A DNA stretch of 64,000 bases from Anthoceros angustus (taxonomy: Eukaryota > Plantae > Anthocerotophyta): the NCBI GenBank assembly GCA_010909165.1, contig VJWM01000044.1:1736001-1800000 (forward strand), written 5' to 3'. Below, one piece after another: positions 58,827 to 64,000 of this stretch. Below the pieces are notes generated by a model that was given only the letters and a program-made list of their open reading frames with translations, did no database searches and was not told the DNA's origin. The first letter of the stretch is position 1. Each line of letters begins with the position of its first letter. The position numbers and the translations under genes were made by a program.

Positions 58827-61415
58827 ATGTGTTGCGGGAGATGGGTGGTCCAGCGACCAGGTCGAAGATTTTTTTCTGGTCTCGAACTTCGTAGGGATAG
58901 CCGGCAACATCAGATAGGTTCCCGATCGCTGGCCGACCGGCTTAGCAATCTCATTGGTCGTGGTGTTCACTCATTCAACTGGAGAGGGCCGAATGCCGAA
59001 ACCGTGAGGAAACTGTGTCAGCAGGGGCAGCTCACTGAAACGGTAGAGGCTCTGGGAGTTCTTGCGCAAACAGACTGCCAGATTTCAACTGCTCTTATTT
59101 GTCTGGTCCTGAAGGAATGCGTAGCCAAGCGGGATCTGTCTTTGGGTCGCCGTGTTCATGCTCTCACCGTGAAGAAGGGATACGAGTCGAATACGTTTTT
59201 GTGCAACCACATCTTGCGAATGTATGCTCATAATGCCAGGCTGCAAGAAGCTATGGATGCATTCGATATGGTTTTCAAACCAGATACGTTTACGTGGGCT
59301 GCCATAATTTCTGCACATGTTAGACACGGACAAGATAGGCAGGCCATACAGCTTTATCACAGAATGCGCAGGACAAGCCTGAAGCCAAATGGCCATGTGT
59401 TTGTAGCTGCACTTCAGGCTTGTGTGAGGGGAGGAGACTTGGAATGTGGACAGCAGGTGCACGCTGATGTGTTGACCAGTGGCGTTGAGCCTGACTTGTT
59501 TGTCTGTAGTAGCTTGGTGGACATGTATTCAAAGTGTGGCAGCTTGGAAGATGCTCAAAGCGTGTTTGACGGGCTTGCTCAAAAAGATGTGGTGACTTGG
59601 AATGTGATGATAGCAGCATATGCCCAGCAGGGCAGGGGTCAGGAAGCCCTTCGTCTGTATAGTGCCATGCAAGAGGAGGGCGTGGTTGCACCCGATGCTG
59701 TGTCATTTGTTTCCCTCCTGCAGGCCTGTGCAAGTCTAGGCAGCAGGGCTTTGGAGAAAGGGACTCAGCTTCATGCACAAATCAAAGAACGAGGACTTCA
59801 CGTTGATGTGCGTGTAGCCAACAGCTTAGTGAACATGTATGCAAAGTGTGGCACCCTCAAGGATGCTCGGGGCTTGTTTGACGGGCTTCGTCAGAAAGAT
59901 GTGGTGACATGGAATGCCATGATGGCGGGATATTCCCAGGAGGGTATGGTGCAGGACGCCCTTGCTCTTTACAGGGCTATGCAAGCAGAAGGTGTTGTGA
60001 GACCCAATTCTGTAACTTTTGTGTGCCTCTTGCAAGCATGTGCAATTGTGGGCATCCCAGCTTTGGGGAAGGGAAAGCAGCTTCATGCACAAATTAGAGA
60101 GCAAGGACTTGAAGCAAATGCGGTGATAGCCAACAGTCTGGTGAACATGTACGCAAAGTGCGGTTCCCTAGAGGATGCTCAGGGCATGTTTGACAGACTT
60201 CCACAGAAAGATGTTGTCACGTGGAATGCCATGATAGCTGGATATGCACAGAAGGGCATGGGACTGGAAGCCCTTTCTCTTCTCAGTGCAATGCAACAAG
60301 AAGGCCTGGCTGCACCCAATTCTGTGACATTTGCTTCCCTTCTGCAGGCTTGTGCAAGTTTGGGCACCCCGGCTTTGGGGAAAGGGAGGCAGCTTCATGC
60401 ACAGATTCGAGAGCTAGGACTTCAGGCTGATGTGTTTGTAGCCAGCAGTTTGGTAAGCATGTACGCAAAGTGTGGGAGTCTAAGGGATGCCCGGGTGGTG
60501 TTTGACAGACTTGGTCATAAAGATGTGGTGACGTGGAATGCCATGATAGCAGGATATTCCCAGGAGGGCATGGGGCAGGACGCCCTTGGTCTTTACAGGG
60601 CTATGCAAGAAGAAGGCTTGGTTCCACCGAATTCCTTGACATTTGTGTCCCTCCTTCAGGCATGTGCGAATTTGGCAGCTTTGCACCTGGGAAGGGACCT
60701 TCATGCACAAATTAAAGATCAAGGGCTTGAAGGCCATGGGCTTGTACCTGGCAGTTTGATAACCATGTATGGGAAGTGCGGTAGCATGGTTGATGCACAG
60801 CAGGTATTCCAGGCATTGGCCAAACGAGACGTTTCTGTCTGGAATGCACTAATTGCAGGATACACTCGCCAAGGAGACACTAAAGAGGTTTTTGGGTTGA
60901 TTCTCCGAATGATAGAGGATGGCATACAGCCAGACGGCATCACCTTCCTTAGTGTACTGACAGTGTGCAGTCATATGGGTCTAGTGGACAAGGGTCGAGA
61001 GCAATTTGAGTCCATGGGCAGCCATTACAGCATCACCCGCACGGCGGACCACTACACATGCATGGTGGATCTCCTGGGTCGTGCAGGAGAACTGGACGAA
61101 GCACTAGATGTAGTGAGAACAATGCCTGTACTGCCCAATGCTGCAGTTTGGCACACTCTCTTGGGTGCTTGTCAAAAGTGGAATAATGTGGAAGTGGGAC
61201 GCCATGCCTTTGATGAAGCAGTGAAGCTTGACAAGAAAGATGCTGCAGCCTATGTGCTCATGTCAAACATATACACCGGTGCCCAGATGTGGGAGCAGGC
61301 ACAGGAGATGCAAGCGAGGAGAACGAGCATCAAGGCATGGAAGCAGCCGGGCCAGAGCTGGTGGACAGACATGGATGGACTGGTGCATGGTTTTCTGGTT
61401 GGGGCTAAAGTCTGA
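58827..61415 (+). CDS. PLS-class PPR protein (~7 triplets), E+-like, truncated after the WW-type PG box
   Basis: First ATG at 58827 with an R-rich presequence-like start; ends KQPGQSWWTDMDGLVHGFLVGAKV*. Confidence 0.92.
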   Translation: MCCGRWVVQRPGRRFFSGLELRRDSRQHQIGSRSLADRLSNLIGRGVHSFNWRGPNAETVRKLCQQGQLTETVEALGVLAQTDCQISTALICLVLKECVAKRDLSLGRRVHALTVKKGYESNTFLCNHILRMYAHNARLQEAMDAFDMVFKPDTFTWAAIISAHVRHGQDRQAIQLYHRMRRTSLKPNGHVFVAALQACVRGGDLECGQQVHADVLTSGVEPDLFVCSSLVDMYSKCGSLEDAQSVFDGLAQKDVVTWNVMIAAYAQQGRGQEALRLYSAMQEEGVVAPDAVSFVSLLQACASLGSRALEKGTQLHAQIKERGLHVDVRVANSLVNMYAKCGTLKDARGLFDGLRQKDVVTWNAMMAGYSQEGMVQDALALYRAMQAEGVVRPNSVTFVCLLQACAIVGIPALGKGKQLHAQIREQGLEANAVIANSLVNMYAKCGSLEDAQGMFDRLPQKDVVTWNAMIAGYAQKGMGLEALSLLSAMQQEGLAAPNSVTFASLLQACASLGTPALGKGRQLHAQIRELGLQADVFVASSLVSMYAKCGSLRDARVVFDRLGHKDVVTWNAMIAGYSQEGMGQDALGLYRAMQEEGLVPPNSLTFVSLLQACANLAALHLGRDLHAQIKDQGLEGHGLVPGSLITMYGKCGSMVDAQQVFQALAKRDVSVWNALIAGYTRQGDTKEVFGLILRMIEDGIQPDGITFLSVLTVCSHMGLVDKGREQFESMGSHYSITRTADHYTCMVDLLGRAGELDEALDVVRTMPVLPNAAVWHTLLGACQKWNNVEVGRHAFDEAVKLDKKDAAAYVLMSNIYTGAQMWEQAQEMQARRTSIKAWKQPGQSWWTDMDGLVHGFLVGAKV

Positions 61416-61662
61416 AACATCGATTTGTGCTGGACTTTTCATTGGGTTTTCTGCTGGAACATCCTGGAGGAAGATTTCCAGGAGCAAGCGGCTCTGGCTA
61501 TGCGGCGGGCCTGGATGGTCTCGGCTGCAAAGGCAGACTAGTTCTCGACTGAGATGAAGGTTCTAGAGGCAGTCAGGACCTTTCTCCTCTTGCCCAAGTG
61601 GCGGAGTGGAGACTATGTGGGAGATACAGCTACCGGGATTTCTGAAATGCGGAGTGGCAGAC

Positions 61663-61720
61663 TATGTGGGAGGTACTATGTGGGAGGTACCATGTGGGAG
61701 GTACCATGTGGGAGGTACAC
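61663..61720. repeat. 14-bp tandem repeat (atgtgggaggtacY x4) within longer degenerate direct repeats 61600-61760
   Basis: Directly visible in the sequence. Confidence 0.85.
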
Positions 61721-62179
61721 CTTCCGGGATTTCTTGAATGTGGAGTGGCAGACTATGTGGAACGTATCAACATGGTCCTGTCACACACGTAGCTGGAGAC
61801 ACCGGTGCACCTGTGAACTATATTTGATGCGTCCAGCAGGAGCGATTGCAAGAAGCCTTAAGTCTCAGACATTGAGGTCTGAACAAGTATGTATGGACTA
61901 CATGGATGATGGTTTAAGCGAATTAGATGTCGTCTGAGGATGGTCAACCTTTGCCCAGAATGTCCGTTGGGTACTATCACAAATGGTAGTTAAGGTACTT
62001 GCTTGCCATATGCTGAGCTCAAGATGGCTTGATGGACACCAAGCTTCCAAGTCCGGAAATGCGGTCCTTAAGATTATTTCTTCTTCCCCAAAAACATCTT
62101 GCTATTTGAAAATAGAAGGATCCCAACCTGTACTCAGCCCGGTCCATGTTAGAACCTTCCCAAGCTCAGAAAGGTAGAT

Positions 62180-62770
62180 GTCATTCTAGGAGTTTTGGAA
62201 GCTAGCAGGAAGACATGCTACATATCTTGTGAAGCTAACAAGCTCCTAGGACTGGAAAATATCCTTTGGGATTGAGGTCTGGACGACATCATCGGAGCTT
62301 GGAAAGCGAGCAGGTGTGGAGGACATCCTTGCAGCTTGGAAAGCGAGCAGGTGTGGAGAACATCCTTGCAGCTTGGAAAGCGAGCAGGTGTGGAGAACAT
62401 CCTCGCAGCTTGGAAAGCTAACAGGCTAACAAGCTTCGATGACATCCTAGGAGCTTGGGGAGCTGATAGGCCTCGATTACATCCTAGGAGCTTGGGGAGT
62501 TGATAGGCCTCGATGACATCCTAAGAGCTTGGGGAGCTGGCAAGTCTCCATGACATTCTAGGAGCTTCGGGAGCTGGCAGGCCCCGATGACATTCTAGGA
62601 GCTTGGTTGGCCTGCCCTTGTAGGAGCTTGGGGAGCTGGCAGGCCTCAATGATATCCTAAGAGCTTGGGAAGCTAACACCTAGGGTCCGGGAAGCTAACA
62701 GGCCTCCTGACATCGTAGGAGCTGGGAAGATAACAGGCTTCTATGACATCCTAGGAGCTTGGGAAGTTAC
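62180..62770. repeat. 37-bp minisatellite with two variant blocks
   Basis: ttggaaagcgagcaggtgtggagRacatccttgcagc x3, then gacatcctaggagcttggggagctgataggcctcgat-like units. Confidence 0.88.
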
Positions 62771-62775
62771 CAAAG

Positions 62776-64000
62776 ATGATACGGCCCACGCGTTATTGTT
62801 TCTCGAAGTATAGAGTGACGCTCACAATCCACAGATTGGAGGGCTTAGTTCTTTCCGGACTGCATAATCCCCAAGTATTGGTTGATGTGAAGTGGGAAGG
62901 GCCTAAGGGGGCACTTGGATCCCGCTTCCGAAGCATCAAAAGTGCCACAGGTGTTGGCGCTATGAATCACTCTGGTGGGACAATAGTATGGGAGCATGAA
63001 TTTGAGCATGTCTGTGTGTTTCGCTTTGACAAGACCGGGGGCTCCTTCCTGCCTTGGAATGTTTTCTTCATTATCCACCAGGTCTGTGCATGGTTTCTTC
63101 ACATGAACAGTGATTGAGGAGAGTTTGTCAGCTTGTCCATGACCGTGCCTAATATCGGCTGCTCATGCAAGGTTTCAGGGCTTGGGATGCAAAGCAAAGC
63201 AGTCACGTTTGGGCAGAGTTATTGTCAACTTGGCCGCCTTCGCTTCAACAACTGTCAACACCTGTCAGATTCACAAACTGCCACTCCTCTGCACTTTTAA
63301 GGAGTCTGAATCCCAAGCTTGTCTTGTTGTAAGCTTTCCTGCCATTTTCCGTTTCTTTGTAGTTGTTGGTTTTTGGCCCGTTTTCTCATTATATGATCTT
63401 TCCCATGTCAGGTGAGTTTCAGGTTGGAGGAATTGGATCTCGATGACATGCCATCCTTCTCGTCATGCCTGGGATGGCCTCTAGCCTGGAGAGAAAAAGG
63501 TGAGGATAGCACTGGAAGGAGGAGACTACTGCCGGATGGTGAGAAGAGTGTTGTGCTGGATGCCCTCAGTGAGAAGGGGAGGTTATCACCTTGTAGTGGA
63601 GGTAGTTCCCATGACTCTGACCCCTACAATCCAGACACGCTGGAAGATTTGGAGAATGAGGAGCATGAACAGCCAGACGACGCGCACGCCAAGTCCTTCA
63701 GTTATAAAACACTAACAGGTGCTAATCTTGTAGTTGAAGGAGTGCTTTCTTTTCGTAGGGAAGATAAAGGGGTGGGCGAAGCTGGGACTGTGATCTCAAT
63801 CCACAGCAGGGCAGCCTCTGCAGGTTTCTCGAAAGCCTATGAGGGGTTTTTCCATACAGATTCAGAGCAAGCTATGTCCCAGATTTCCATGTCCAGTCTT
63901 TTGTCTTGGTGCAACAGAAATATATGTTTTCACATCTTGCAACAAAAACTGAGCTTAAGGTCACCGCGTCCAAGAGGGGAGCCCCTGTTGAAAAAAGCAT
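62776..64000 (+). CDS. NT-C2 (EEIG1/EHBP1 N-terminal C2) domain protein, At3g11760-like; incomplete at window end
   Basis: VDVKWEGPK...WEHEFEHVC...FLPWNV; later exons LGRVIVNLAAFA, KSFSYKTL.GAN, KLSLRSPRPRGEPLLKKA; introns ~63082-63177 and ~63328-63411. Confidence 0.85.

Noticed and set aside
62180-62770. 37-bp repeats as a CRISPR array
   Set aside because: Head-to-tail units without unique spacers, no cas genes, eukaryotic context.

Overview
Eukaryotic land-plant nuclear DNA, most likely a hornwort (inferred from intronless PLS-PPR genes with the 'PGQSWW' WW-type PG box). The window has three zones. (1) 1-~30950 is a transposon nest containing two diverged but collinear DNA elements. Each has a Sola2-like/DUF7869-type transposase on + and, divergently, a large 'MASGRRS..K' ORF on -. 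In the complete element (B, ~11048-29166, bounded by ~21-bp inverted repeats) that ORF contains a ParB/Srx-like domain followed by a prokaryote-type beta-class amino-DNA methyltransferase (N6-A/N4-C) domain. Element B appears to be inserted into an LTR-retrotransposon-like remnant. Both transposase genes also carry a conserved antisense ORF in an internal insert. (2) ~30960-32600 is an AT-rich island with an intronless thymidine kinase pseudogene and another stop-riddled ORF, possibly a large-DNA-virus relic; ~32600-35300 is unresolved. (3) ~35400-64000 holds ordinary genes: NDC1, a DUF740/OCTOPUS-like gene, an At1g64430-like 12-exon gene, an OEX1-like 5'-3' exonuclease, three PLS-PPR editing-factor-like genes with decaying WW-type deaminase tails (one fused to an OSB-type PDF ssDNA-binding motif), and an NT-C2 gene running off the end. 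Caveat: many ~0.3-2 kb tandem duplications with microhomology junctions and homopolymer differences suggest noisy long-read assembly, so many frameshifts may be errors. All family calls come from motif recognition; no database search was run.
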